A DNA stretch of 38,881 nt from Octopus bimaculoides (GCF_001194135.2 NC_068981.1:64766830-64805710), one strand, 5' to 3'. Positions 22,623 through 34,580 are shown, numbered from the stretch's first letter. The notes: a model not told the origin generated them from the sequence alone. Numbers and translations are program-made.

Positions 22623-23913
22623 TCAGCGAAATAAGGATGATTGACAGGAAAATTCATAAGCTGCTGACTTGCAATAAGATACACCACCCAAAGGCAGATG
22701 CAGATCGTCTTTACCTTTCCAGAGCTCAAAGAGGTTGAGGCTTGGTCCAATTTGAAGTCTCTTACAAAAGCACCTCAGTTGGACTGGCATAGTATCTTGA
22801 AACATCTAACAACTGGATGCTAAAGCTCGTTGAAAACCACAAGAGACGTAAGAAGCTTTATTGTGTTATGAAGGAGAGCAAAATATTTGCTAGTGAGTTT
22901 ATGCATAATATCGAGATTGAAAGGCATGATGGAAGTGCGGCAACTGTAGGTTCAAAGAAGGTGAAATCAATACCAAAGCAAAATGTGGTTGAATGATTGG
23001 CTGATAGGTGAGAACAAAAACCCCTGCATGCCAAATATGTGGCCCGTAGCAAACATGCTGATGTAAACCAGAAGCACACCCATCAGTGGCTACAGAGCTC
23101 AGGGTTAAAAGCAGAGAGTGAAGGTTTTATCTTGGCTGCTCAAGATCAGAGCTGGAAGTATGTGATAAAAAATTGGTGTTGACCCAAAGCTCCGATACTG
23201 CAACGATGGGATTGAAACAGTGAGCCACCTAATCTCTGGGTGTAAGGTTTTAGCACCTGTAGAGTACAAATCAAGACATGACAGAGTTGGCCAATATGTA
23301 CTCTGGATAATGTGTCGGCATTATAAAATCAAAATTACTGACAAATGGTGCAAGCACCACCCTGAGGTTGCAATTGAGGAAGAAAATGTAACGATTCATT
23401 GGGACCAACCAGTATGTACAGACCAGACCATCACGGCAGACAAACCAGATATTGTTGTGAAAGACCAAAACAATAAAGTCTGTTTATTGATTGACATGAG
23501 CATACCCTATGACTCGGCAAAAGTAAATATAAAGATTTGCTAATCGAAATCGAAAGGATGTGGCATCTCAAGATGGTTACAATACCAGTGATTGTAGGAG
23601 TACTTGAAATGATCAAAAAAGGAACTGAAGATAAGAATGATCCCTAGCTTACCATCCTTACAGGAAGTGCAAAAGATTGTCTTAACTGGTACGTCACATG
23701 TACTGAGAAGCGCATTGTCAATGTGAATTTTCTTTCGTTTTTGCCCCTTTATTTTCTTGGTTTACTTTCTCTCTTCCCTTCTTCTCTATCACATGATTTT
23801 GTAAAAGAACAATCTGGTGTGTTTAGTTTAATGGCCTACCAATGTATACAAAGCATTTCTCTGCCCTAAGTGTCGGGAAGACATTCGGCAAGAAATGGGA
23901 ACAGAATTGTATG
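22621..23913 (+). mobile_element. R4/Dong-like RLE non-LTR retrotransposon, 5'-truncated and pseudogenised
   Basis: HHPKADADRLYLSR, KPLHAKY, WLQSSGLKAESEGFILAAQDQ, zinc knuckle RYCNDGIETVSHLISGC, RHD, endonuclease KPDIVV...LLIDMSIP...KYKDL, C-terminus QKIVLTGTSHVLRSALSM* (stop 23724-23726), 3' UTR, (TAA)n on both sides. Confidence 0.9.
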
Positions 23914-23972
<59 letters not shown>

Positions 23973-23975
23973 TAA

Positions 23976-24529
23976 TGCAAAACTAGGCAGTGGTTCTCAC
24001 GGCTTCTGATCTTAACTGACTGGAAGTGTTATCATGAACATGTTTTGTTTTGGTGTAAAGGATGGACTACAGCAAATATTTTGCTCAGTACCGCAGATTT
24101 GCTGGTCATCTGCTTGACTTTAACCCGTCGAGCATGTCCCTTAGCAGCTGACGATATGTGTATCTCTGATCATGAGCAGAGGTAGTGGGAGAGCATGATA
24201 GCTATGTGCCGAGGTGAATTTTTTCGGATTTGAATAATTCACCTCTGAAAACATGGGTATTTTGTTCAACATCCTTAAATAAATATTATTCAAGGACCTT
24301 TTGAGCAGGATAGGCGACTCAACTTGAATAGAATTCTAACTGAGCCCCCATCTTCAAGATCATGAGTTGCTTACTTTGATAAGAGATCACTATGTCGTGT
24401 ATATATGGCTGTGATGCATGTGCCTGGTGTACCCATATCAGACAGGTAGTCATGATGGACATTATATTGGGTTTCGTATATTTGTACCCCAGTGTCATTT
24501 TGATGGCATGCGCTGTACTCTCGTTCAAA

Positions 24530-24530
<1 letters not shown>
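23976..24530 (+). mobile_element. Non-coding interspersed repeat (family C), probable non-autonomous retroelement
   Basis: 555-bp non-coding unit bounded by (TAA)n on both sides with a 3' stem-loop. I recall it as a recurrent octopus repeat, but it has a single copy in this window. Confidence 0.45.
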
Positions 24531-24606
<76 letters not shown>

Positions 24607-24805
24607 TAGTGATGGACTCTCTCGTGGAAAACGACGTATCAACGTTCAACTTTTGCCGAACGATCAGCACAANNNNNNNNNNNNNNNNNNNNNNNNNNNN
24701 NNNNNNNNNNNNNNNNNNNNNNNNNNNNNNNNNNNNNNNNNNNNNNNNNNNNNNNNNNNNNNNNNNNNNNNNNNNNNNNNNNNNNNNNNNNNNNNNNNNN
24801 NNNNN

Positions 24806-24881
24806 AGAAGAAGAAGAAGAAGAAGAAGAAGAAGAAGAAGAAGAAGAAGAAGAAGAAGAAGAAGAAGAAGAAGAAGAAGAA
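24806..24881. repeat. (GAA)n microsatellite
   Basis: Direct reading. Confidence 0.97.
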
Positions 24882-24929
24882 TTCCTATGTAATAGTATTC
24901 GTTTTATATAAGCGTTGGTTGGGTAAGAC

Positions 24930-24993
24930 TAAACCCAAGAACACGTGGTTGGGAAACAAGCTTCTCAACCACACAGCCACGCTTGCGTCTATA
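24930..24993 (-). mobile_element. SINE family A head fragment
   Basis: AAACCCAAGAACACGTGGTTGGGAAACAAGCTTCTCAACCACACAGCCAC matches the heads at 2215-2273 and 17390-17447. Confidence 0.7.
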
Positions 24994-26367
24994 ATAATGA
25001 AATTCAGAAAAGTAATTTTTGGAAGGACTTTTGGACCATTCCAGCTTTGTTGCCACCAATTCCTGTAACTTCAGCACGTTTCAGTTTTCTTTCAGCATAA
25101 TTAATATCTGTGATTACTAGAATTAATCAAACTGGGTTAATTATTTCCTTATAGTATATTTTACTAACAACACAACACGATACTTCAGAATATTTCATCA
25201 ATTCTATGTCGATGCTCTGCAACAGTGGATAAGAGAAGGTCGAATATATTGTTGTAACATACAGAATATTTTTCAACTGTTGAATTCTTACCAACAAAAG
25301 TGGCAAAAAATAACACTGGTTAACCTTTTATTCTTGCCTTCAAAATTTGTTTTCTTTTCCACAAAAAGAAACGGTTGTTTTATTAATATTTTTTTAAATT
25401 CTGAGCAGCTTATATATCATCTTTAAACAGTTTCATCATATTATAATTAAGGACTGATAGGAAAATACCTGCTCACTGATACCTTTTGAACAGAATATTG
25501 ACTATGAAAGAAAAAACAGTATCAATAACTACAACGTTGGATATGGTAAAAAAAAATATATATATAACAACATACAAACACACAGTCCAAAACATAGCTC
25601 TGTTTGGCTCAGCCCACAGCTGTAGCGTAGCTGGTGGGCGAGGGGCGGTCCATCTCGAGCGACGCTTTTATGTGGGCAGCGCTTTTGGGTCTGCTATACA
25701 AGCTTGTATAAGTTGTTTGCCAGTGGCGGTAAGTGGGGCTCATGCAAATTCTAGGGCTACTTCAAGCGTCACTGACCCAAAACATATGTCAAGCACTCTC
25801 AACTCAACATCACAAATCATATAATACCCTTACTGCACAAAATACATGCCCTATATAATAATTGCTTAAGGAATTAACATAACCCACACAATATATTCAT
25901 TACACAATCAGCACCCAATTAAATAACAGTGTACGCACACAACCGAGACCTGACACTGCAACATCAACAACTCACATAAAACGTATTCTACACAGCTGCA
26001 ACCCATTAATATTACACAAACCATCACGATGCAATCTCCACATTAGCAACTCTCATCCGAGGTCCATATAAGATTTTGTTGTTAAAATGTATATGCAATA
26101 AATTATGTATACATCTACAATGCACAAAATATTTTAACAATTATTCTTTATAATTCCTCATGATATTTAAGTATGGCTAGGGGCCTCCGTCCGAGTAAGA
26201 TAGGAATCAAAGGATGTCTATAGGCAAAAACTTGTTGACAACCATCGCTCTGCATAATCACCATCTCTTACTATCTATAGGTATATAGAATCACACATGA
26301 GAACCATAAACATTTGCAAAATATCAAAACTCACATCGTATATAAGCTACACAAAAGAAATTACTAA

Positions 26368-26588
26368 AATAATCCTTTCTGTTATAGGCACAAGGCTTGA
26401 AATTTGGAGGAGGGGGATAGTGGATTACATCGACCCCACCACTCAACTGGTACTTAATTTATCGAGCCTGAAAAGATGAAAGTCAAAGTCGACCTCAGCG
26501 GAATCCGAACTCAGAATTTGAAGCAGCTGACGAAATACGGTTAATCATTTCTCCGGTGTGCTAGTGATTCTGCCAGCCCGCTGCTCTA
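26368..26588 (-). mobile_element. tRNA-derived SINE family B, full length
   Basis: Minus strand: TGGCAGAATCACTAG A-box-like, GTTCGGATTCC B-box-like, core GTCGACTTTGACTTTCATCTTTTCAGGCTCGATAAATTAAGTACCAG, tail AGAAAGGATTATT. Confidence 0.88.
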
Positions 26589-26754
26589 AGAAATTGATAA
26601 AACAATACAAGAAGCAAAGAAACACCAAAGCAAATCCAATAACAAAGTAAAACTAATGAGCGGTATACTTACACCACAGAAAAGGACAATGCTGCAAACA
26701 CATCAGGAATACGGAGGTGCATACACCTAATCAAGCCGTAGAAACTCGCAACAG

Positions 26755-26900
26755 TTTCTTATACAAGCACATCTAGCAATTTGGGAGAGGGATGTAGCCG
26801 ATTAAATAGACCTCCGATATTTAAAAGGCATATTATTTGGTCGACCGCAAAAGGTTGTAAGCCATAGTTGGTTTCGGTAGGGTCTGAACTCAGAACATCA
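26755..26900 (-). mobile_element. Decayed SINE family B
   Basis: AATTTGGGAGAGGGATGTAGCCGATTAAATAGACC...TCGACCGCAAAAGG...GAACTCAGAAC aligns to B. Confidence 0.5.
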
Positions 26901-27294
26901 AGTCAAATATATGTGTACGTCTGCATAAATACAAACAGACACACACATACACACATGTATATNNNNNNNNNNNNNNNNNNNNNNNNNNNNNNNNNNNNNN
27001 NNNNNNNNNNNNNNNNNNNNNNNNNNNNNNNNNNNNNNNNNNNNNNNNNNNNNNNNNNNNNNNNNNNNNNNNNNNNNNNNNNNNNNNNNNNNNNNNNNNN
27101 NNNNNNNNNNNNNNNNNNNNNNNNNNNNNNNNNNNNNNNNNNNNNNNNNNNNNNNNNNATATATTGATATATATATATATATTGATATAAATAAATATAT
27201 TAAAAGGGAATAATTAATAATTTTTTCCCTTATGAGATTTTTCACGCTGACTACTTGATAAATTCTTATAAAGATTTTATCCTATTTTTAAATT

Positions 27295-27524
27295 ATATAA
27301 AACAGTGTACATTTAAACACACAAGAATCTGCCTTCAACACGCAGTTTTACACGCTAGAAGAAGTAGTCAAAACTACCAAAACCACATTTAAGGGCAATC
27401 TTCAAAAGGAATGGAAGATAAAAACTTTACCGTATTATTTTATTCCGGTCAGACCTAGGTTTCTGAATTATGACAGCTTCTTGAAGGCAGTTTCTCTTGT
27501 GTTTAAATGTACACTATTTTATAT
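27295..27524. mobile_element. MITE, 230 bp, 44-bp imperfect TIRs
   Basis: 27295-27338 versus 27481-27524 reverse complement, about 4 mismatches. TA-rich termini compatible with a TA target. Confidence 0.7.
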
Positions 27525-27612
27525 TGAGAATATGTTGTCTATTGACTTTTTATACATGCTAGGCCACTGGTAGTGAAATTTCTAAAAAAAACTCGCTACC
27601 CTATATTTTACG

Positions 27613-27644
<32 letters not shown>

Positions 27645-27649
27645 ATATT

Positions 27650-27700
27650 TAACTTGTTTCAGTTATTGGACTGCAGACATGGTGGGACAACGCTTTGAAT
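27650..27700 (-). mobile_element. SINE family A tail fragment
   Basis: CTTGTTTCAGTTATTGGACTGCAGACATGGTGGGACAACGCTTT is similar to the A tail. Confidence 0.45.
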
Positions 27701-28290
27701 ATATAATTATTTAGTAACATTCAAATATACGCGTGCATGCAAATATACATACATGCATACATACATACATACATACATACATACATACATACATACATAC
27801 ATACATACATACATACACACATATATGTGTAGAGCCTGTAGACACATGGTGTGTTATTAAAATTTGTCTATCTACGCATGAAACTATTAGTAGCTCATAA
27901 CTGTATACTGTGTACATAAAATAATATTTATCTCTCACTAGATGGAGTACTTTTGTTGATCTTACCTTAACGGAAAAGTAAACTATGTATGTATGTGCAC
28001 GTGTGTAAGTGTGCGTGTGTGAATGTCTGTCTGCATATATATATATATATATATATATGTATGCATGTATGTATGTATGTATGTATTCATGCATGTATAC
28101 ACATACAGTACCCGGGGAACGCGGCAAGGTAGTCCAAAACATATCACGCGTGCACAGATGCACACATACGCACACACGCGCGCATACACACGTACACATA
28201 CATACACTCGTACACATACGTTTAGATATATCCATGCTTCGACGTAGATATAGATACACGCACAACTGTGCTTACATGGTACTTCCCCCG

Positions 28291-28323
<33 letters not shown>

Positions 28324-28682
28324 AAAATAATATATGTATGCATATATATACACACATACATGTATATGCCTACATATATATGTATATATACATGCATATA
28401 TGGGTACGGGACGTCAAAAAACAAACATGAACGAAATGAGAAACGAGAACATAAAAAACAAAAGCATGGAAAACGAACTTTTTTTCGAACAAAAGAAACA
28501 AATAGAGAAACGAGACAGGCATCATAAAGAACATTCCCTTCATCTGTTGTCCCTTGTTTTATCTACTCCGCGTTTCGAAGGTAGGGACAATGTGTGNNNN
28601 NNNNNNNNNNNNNNNNNNNNNNNNNNNNNNNNNNNNNNNNNNNNNNNNNNNNNNNNNNNNNNNNNNNNNNNNNNNNNNNNNN

Positions 28683-28714
<32 letters not shown>

Positions 28715-28806
28715 TATTTATATTATTGTATGATCGAACGCCACGCATCCATTTTCAAGTAAGTTTTATCTATCTAACTATCTATCTATCTATCTATCTA
28801 TATATC

Positions 28807-28857
<51 letters not shown>

Positions 28858-29093
28858 ATGTATGTGTGTATGTATGTATGTATGTATACTGGGGTATATC
28901 ACGGGGATCAATGTTAACTTTCGACAACACTACCTCACACGACACACACAAGCACACACACGCACACACATATACACTCACATACACTTATACCCACCTA
29001 CTTCCACACTTACACGCTTTTAATGTTTGCTTATTTGGTCATTGAAATGGAGCTAACACAAACTAACAAATTAAAAAAAAAAAGGCCAGCGAA

Positions 29094-29140
<47 letters not shown>

Positions 29141-29748
29141 NNNNNNNNNNNNNNNNNNNNNNNNNNNNNNNNNNNNNNNNNNNNNNNNNNNNNNNNNNNN
29201 NNNNNNNNNNNNNNNNNNNNNNNNNNNNNNNNNNNNNNNNNNNNNNNNNNNNNNNNNNNNNNNNNNNNNNNNNNNNNNNNNNNNNNNNNNNNNNNNNNNN
29301 NNNNNNNNNNNNNNNNNNNNNNNNNNNNNNNNNNNNNNNNNNNNNNNNNNNNNNNNNNNNNNNNNNNNNNNNNNNNNNNNNNNNNNNNNNNNNNNNNNNN
29401 NNNNNNNNNNNNNNNNNNNNNNNNNNNNNNNNNNNNNNNNNNNNNNNNNNNNNNNNNNNNNNNNNNNNNNNNNNNNNNNNNNNNNNNNNNNNNNNNNNNN
29501 NNNNNNNNNNNNNNNNNNNNNNNNNNNNNNNNNNNNNNNNNNNNNNNNNNNNNNNNNNNNNNNNNNNNNNNNNNNNNNNNNNNNNNNNNNNNNNNNNNNN
29601 NNNATATATATGTATATATGTATGTATGTATGTATATATTTATATATATACACACACAGAGAGGGAGTGAGAGTGAGAGAGAGAAGGAGTGAGAGTGAGA
29701 GAGAGAGTGAAAGAGCGAGTGAGGTAGAGAGAGTGAGAGAGACAGAAA

Positions 29749-29904
29749 GAGTGGCTGTATAGTAAGAAGCTTGCTTCCCAACCACGTGGTTCCGGGTTCA
29801 GTCCCAATGCGTGGCACCTTGAACGAGAGTCTTTTGCTATAGCCTCCGATCTACGAAAGACTTGTGAATGGATTTAGTAGACGGAAACTGAAAGAAGCCC
29901 GTCG

Positions 29905-29937
<33 letters not shown>

Positions 29938-30034
29938 TTGACCTCACTATCGATTGACAACCGATGCTGGTGTGTTTACGCCCCTGTAAGTTAGCAGTTC
30001 GGCAAGAGACCGATAGAATAAGTACTAGGCTTAC
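29749..30034 (+). mobile_element. SINE family A, 3'-truncated
   Basis: GTGGCTGTATAGTAAG A-box-like, GGTTCAGTCCC B-box-like (29795-29805), internal (TA)(TG)n linker; breaks off into a GATA/GACA array. Confidence 0.9.
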
Positions 30035-30072
30035 ATGGATAGATAGACAGACAGGCAGACAGACAGCCAGAC

Positions 30073-30147
<75 letters not shown>

Positions 30148-30167
30148 CACACACACACATACATACA

Positions 30168-30203
<36 letters not shown>

Positions 30204-30324
30204 TATCTGTATATATGTGTATATAGATACATACACACATACACATACATGTATGTATGGTTTTTAACATCTTACATATGTGCGTGTGTATAACAACAGC
30301 AACAATGACGGCTTCTGGTCGAGG

Positions 30325-31201
30325 TAGAGGGCCAGCAATTTTAAGAGTTAGTGAGTTAGCCGATGGCATAGTCTCCATACTTGACTGATACTCATTTTTT
30401 CCCTTCAAAAGGATGAAAAGCAAATTTGACCTGGGCGATATTTGAATTCAGAAACTAAAGTCAGCCGAAATGCTAAGCATTTTGTCCGGCGTGCCAACGA
30501 TTCTGCCATTTCGCTGCCTTAATTATAATGTTTTCAAATTTTAACACGAAGCCAGCAACATTTGGAAGGGTGTAAGTCGATGACCTCGACCCCAGTGCTC
30601 GACTTATACTTATTTTAACGACCCCGAAACGATGAATGACAAAGTCGACCTCGGCGGAATTTGATCTCAGAATGTAGCAGCAGACGAAATACCGCTAAGC
30701 ATTTCGCCCGGCATGCTAACGACTCTGCCATGCTCGCCACCTTCATAATACTCTTATGAAGGTGGCGAGCTGGCCCGAAATTTTGGGGGAGGGGTCTAGC
30801 CGATTAGATCGACTCCAGTATGCTACTGGTACTTAATTTATCGCCACCTTCATAATAATAGCAATCCTTTCTACTTCCCACTATAAGCAGAAGGCTTGAA
30901 AAGGAGAGAAAATGGATGATATGGACTTAATTTATCGACCTCGAAAGGATGAAAGGCAAAGTTAACCTTAGCGAAATTTGAACTCAGAGCATAAAAGTAG
31001 GCGAAATACTGCCCAGCATTCTGTCCGGTGAGTTAACGATTTCGCCAGCTCGCTGCCCTAATAATAATATTAATGATTTTAAATTTTGGCGCACGGCCAG
31101 TAAATTCGGGAGTTGGGTAAGTATACTCCAATGCTTAATTGGTACTTATTTTATCGACCCCAAGGATGAAAGAATAAGTCGACCTCGGCGGAATTTGAAC
31201 T
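30325..31201 (-). mobile_element. Head-to-tail array of five SINE B units: about 30325-30522, 30535-30745, 30772-30858 (internally deleted), 30863-31060, 31078-31201 (partial)
   Basis: Each unit carries recognisable B tail, core and/or head in the same orientation, with short ATA/TAA spacers. Confidence 0.88.
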
Positions 31202-32024
31202 ATACCAAATACTTCAGTTACGTGCTGATAATATCCATCTGTTTTGATAGTGCGCACTATCCCGTCCTAGAAAAACCTTATCTCGGGTTTTCGACTACGG
31301 CTAGTTTCTCACACTTGTATCCAAACTGCTTTACCGCCCTCATCTTTAACAATGCTGTGAGAGTTAAACGACAAATAACTGGTCAAGGGAATTTGTCAGA
31401 CACGATGTCCTACCTACAAGTTTTCTCGCTAATCTATTAGTTTCTTTTGCAAATTACTTGCTAAAGCTGATTCCTTCCGAATGTTACTTTTTAATCCAAC
31501 GCATTTATCTACTGTCAATAATGGACTCTTAACTAATAACCTAGATCTAAACAATAGTTCCTATCTGAAATATACTCAGTAATTACACGCGCGAGGGCAT
31601 ACACACACGCGCACACACACACACACACACGTACACACACACACTTATTGTACCATAAGCCGAGGAATAAGCTTCATGTAGCCGCTCAACCTGTTAAAAA
31701 TAACAGCCAAATTTTATTCTTCTGTCTTTTAATATGACAAATAGAAAGAACATATCAGATAATGAACTCTGATTTACATATCTTGAAAAGACTGGATGGT
31801 CATGGTCAGCCGTTCATTTATCATAATTCTACACGCTTAGAACAAAAATTAGGGGTTAAACGACAACAGCAACACAAATATTACACTAGCAACAGCAGGG
31901 GCAGCGGTAGATTTAACCGTAACGACTTCAGCACAATCAAAGGTTTAATTAGAAGATAATCACCACCACCACCACCACCACTAACTCTTCCTGCATGAAA
32001 AGATCATTCGAGATCCATATTCTT

Positions 32025-32462
32025 CCGCCAGCACACCAGCGCCTTCACTACCACCACCACTACCTTCACTAGCTTAATCAAATGGATTCATATCACCACC
32101 GCCGCTACCGTCACCACCAGGAGCCCACTGCAACAAAAGAAAACAACAGTTCATAAGCCGCCGTGACGTGTGCAAGGACGAACGCCACCACACCTGACCG
32201 CCACTACCGACCCGAGAAATGGGTGTATCAAAGCACACGTGGTACGTTGGGCAACAAACATAACCGAATAATATTGAGTGGTGGAAGCAAGCGACGTTCA
32301 CTCGCCGAAATGTAAATAACAGACGGTACTCATCGCAGATCTGGAAGTTGAGCGGCAGGCAATAACTTGCATGCATCACGCATGCGTGCACATACGCACA
32401 CAAAGACCCATATGTATATATGTAGATGTTTATGAATGTGTGTGCGTGGGAGGAGTGTATCA

Positions 32463-32500
<38 letters not shown>

Positions 32501-32706
32501 ACACACACACACACATACGCACACACTTACACAGTCCAGCATTAATAGATATCAAGCGACACACCGGCACGCGCCTTTCATTATGTTTATTAAAATTGGT
32601 CAAGCAAGTGTATTGGTGATAGAGATGGGGTTAATTGTGAAGACTAGTGGTGGATGTGGTGGTGGTTGTGGTGGTGGTAGTGATGGAGGCGCTGGTGTTC
32701 TGACGG
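32025..32706. repeat. Imperfect 40/43-bp inverted repeat pair (32025-32064 and 32664-32706)
   Basis: 37/40 identities plus one 3-nt indel; the non-simple part CCGYCAGMACACCAGCGCCT is 18/20. Confidence 0.75.
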
Positions 32707-33159
32707 TAGTCTTGCAGTAATGGTGGCAAAGCGCATCGACGGTTTTTATAATGATAGTGATGATAAACTATATGGAGATAAAGAGTTCATGCTGTCGGCG
32801 TTAGAAGTGTCACACACACACACACACACATACACACACACATACACACACATATACACACACACACACTTACAAGCATACACGAGCGCGCGCACGCACA
32901 CATGCACACACACACACTCACAAACACATAATGTAAAATGTATTCATATTTATGTACAAATGCATACATATGAGTATGTGTGCGTGTGTTCCCATTTGTT
33001 TGAGTGTGCGAGCATGCGTGCATGGTGTTTATATAAGAGTAAGTATGTATGTATGTATGTATGTATGTATGTATGTATGTATGTATGTGTGCGTGTGTGT
33101 TTGTGGATGTGTATGTACGTGTATGTGTGTGTATGTATATTTATATCTATCTATCTATC

Positions 33160-33227
33160 TTTACTCTCTTTACTCTTTTTACTTGCTTCAGTAATTTGAC
33201 TGCGGCCATGCTGGAGCACCACCTTTA
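33160..33227 (-). mobile_element. SINE family A tail fragment
   Basis: TTTACTCTTTTTACTTGCTTCAGTAATTTGACTGCGGCCATGCTGGAGCACCACCTTTA. Confidence 0.85.
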
Positions 33228-33313
33228 AATACCAGTTGCGTACTGGGGTCGATCTAATCAACTAGCCCCCTCCCCCAAAATTTCGGGCCTTGTACCTAGA
33301 GTAGAAAAGAATT
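33226..33313 (+). mobile_element. SINE family B 3' fragment
   Basis: ACCAGTTGCGTACTGGGGTCGATCTAATCAACTAGCCCCCTCCCCCAAAATTTCGGGCCTTGTACCTAGAGTAGAAAAGAATT is the reverse complement of the B tails at 26368-26450 and 30775-30835. Confidence 0.85.
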
Positions 33314-33692
33314 TTATGATTTTATTTGTAATTTTCAAGATGTGATTTTTTTCACACCTAACGTACATATATTTCTTATATATATATATATATATCCTAA
33401 GCACAAGACCGTCTTGCATGGCGAAGCGCACCAACAGAGGTATCACCTCCATCAATCAAAATAGGAGTGCAAGGGCATAAAGAAAACATGAACTGAACTA
33501 GTCGAGAGTCAGCTCTTTGAACTCAAATCCCAGCAAACCAGCAGTATCACACCTGTGACGGAGACTTCCGAGCATGCATCGGATGGTCGCCCACAACCGG
33601 ACACAGTGTGACCTTTCTTCTCCAGTGTGATGTCCTTGGTCATTGTCGACAAAGACGGACAAAATTATGATAAGATTAATTATAATAACAGT

Positions 33693-33897
33693 TTCACATT
33701 TTGGCAAAAGGCCAGTAATTTTGGAGGAGGGGTATATTGATTACATCGACCCCAGTGTTCAACTGGTACTTAATTTATCGACCCCGAAAGGATGAAAGGC
33801 AAAGTCGACCTTGGTAGAATTTGAACTCAGAACGTAAGGATGTACGAAATGCCGTTAAGCATTCTGCCCGGCGTGCTAACGATTCTGCCAGATCAAC
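33693..33897 (-). mobile_element. SINE family B
   Basis: Colinear with 26368-26588; B-box-like GTTCAAATTC. Confidence 0.88.
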
Positions 33898-33939
33898 AAC
33901 AAATAATAATGATGATGATGATGATGATAATAATAATAA

Positions 33940-34011
<72 letters not shown>

Positions 34012-34039
34012 TAATAATAATAATAATAATAATAATGGT

Positions 34040-34257
34040 AATCCTTCCTACTTGAATCACAAGGCATCAAATTTGGGATAAGGGATTAAGTCGATTAAAT
34101 CGACCCCACCACTCAACTGATACTTAATTTATCGATCCCGAAAGGATGAAAGGCAAAGACGACCTCGGCAGAATTTAAACTCAGAACGTAGCGGCAGATG
34201 AAATACCACTAAGCATTTTGTCCGGTGTGTTAACGATTCTGCCAGCTCGTCGCCTTA
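34040..34257 (-). mobile_element. SINE family B, full length
   Basis: Colinear with the other B copies; (TAA)n on both sides. Confidence 0.9.
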
Positions 34258-34263
34258 CTAATG

Positions 34264-34350
<87 letters not shown>

Positions 34351-34352
<2 letters not shown>

Positions 34353-34580
34353 TTCACCCAAAATGGCTGAAGTTGAAAAGATAGTGCTCATGGGAACTGC
34401 CCATATCCTACGTAAAATACTGTCTATGTGATCTCAACATCTAAAACAACACTGTACAAATTCAAATGTATGGTACCCTAGGCATAACACCTACATGAAC
34501 TTCTAACTTGTTGTCTCTTGAGGTCTCTGGGTGAGACTTGCATCCAACTTGTACAAATGCAAAGCAAAAGTCAAACATAA
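34351..34580 (+). mobile_element. R4/Dong-like LINE, extreme 3' fragment
   Basis: SPKMAEVEKIVLMGTAHILRKILSM* aligns with QEVQKIVLTGTSHVLRSALSM* of 22621-23913. 3' UTR with stem-loop; (TAA)n on both sides. Confidence 0.8.

Noticed and set aside
24075-24105. GCTCAGTACCGCAG resembling a 28S rRNA 3' segment within family C
   Set aside because: Too short and needs an internal deletion; no extended rRNA homology.
28520-28596. Minus-strand GAAACGCG and CAGATGA with an 8-bp inverted repeat, suggesting a hammerhead
   Set aside because: The core is mutated (CAGA), and stems I and II do not form in register.
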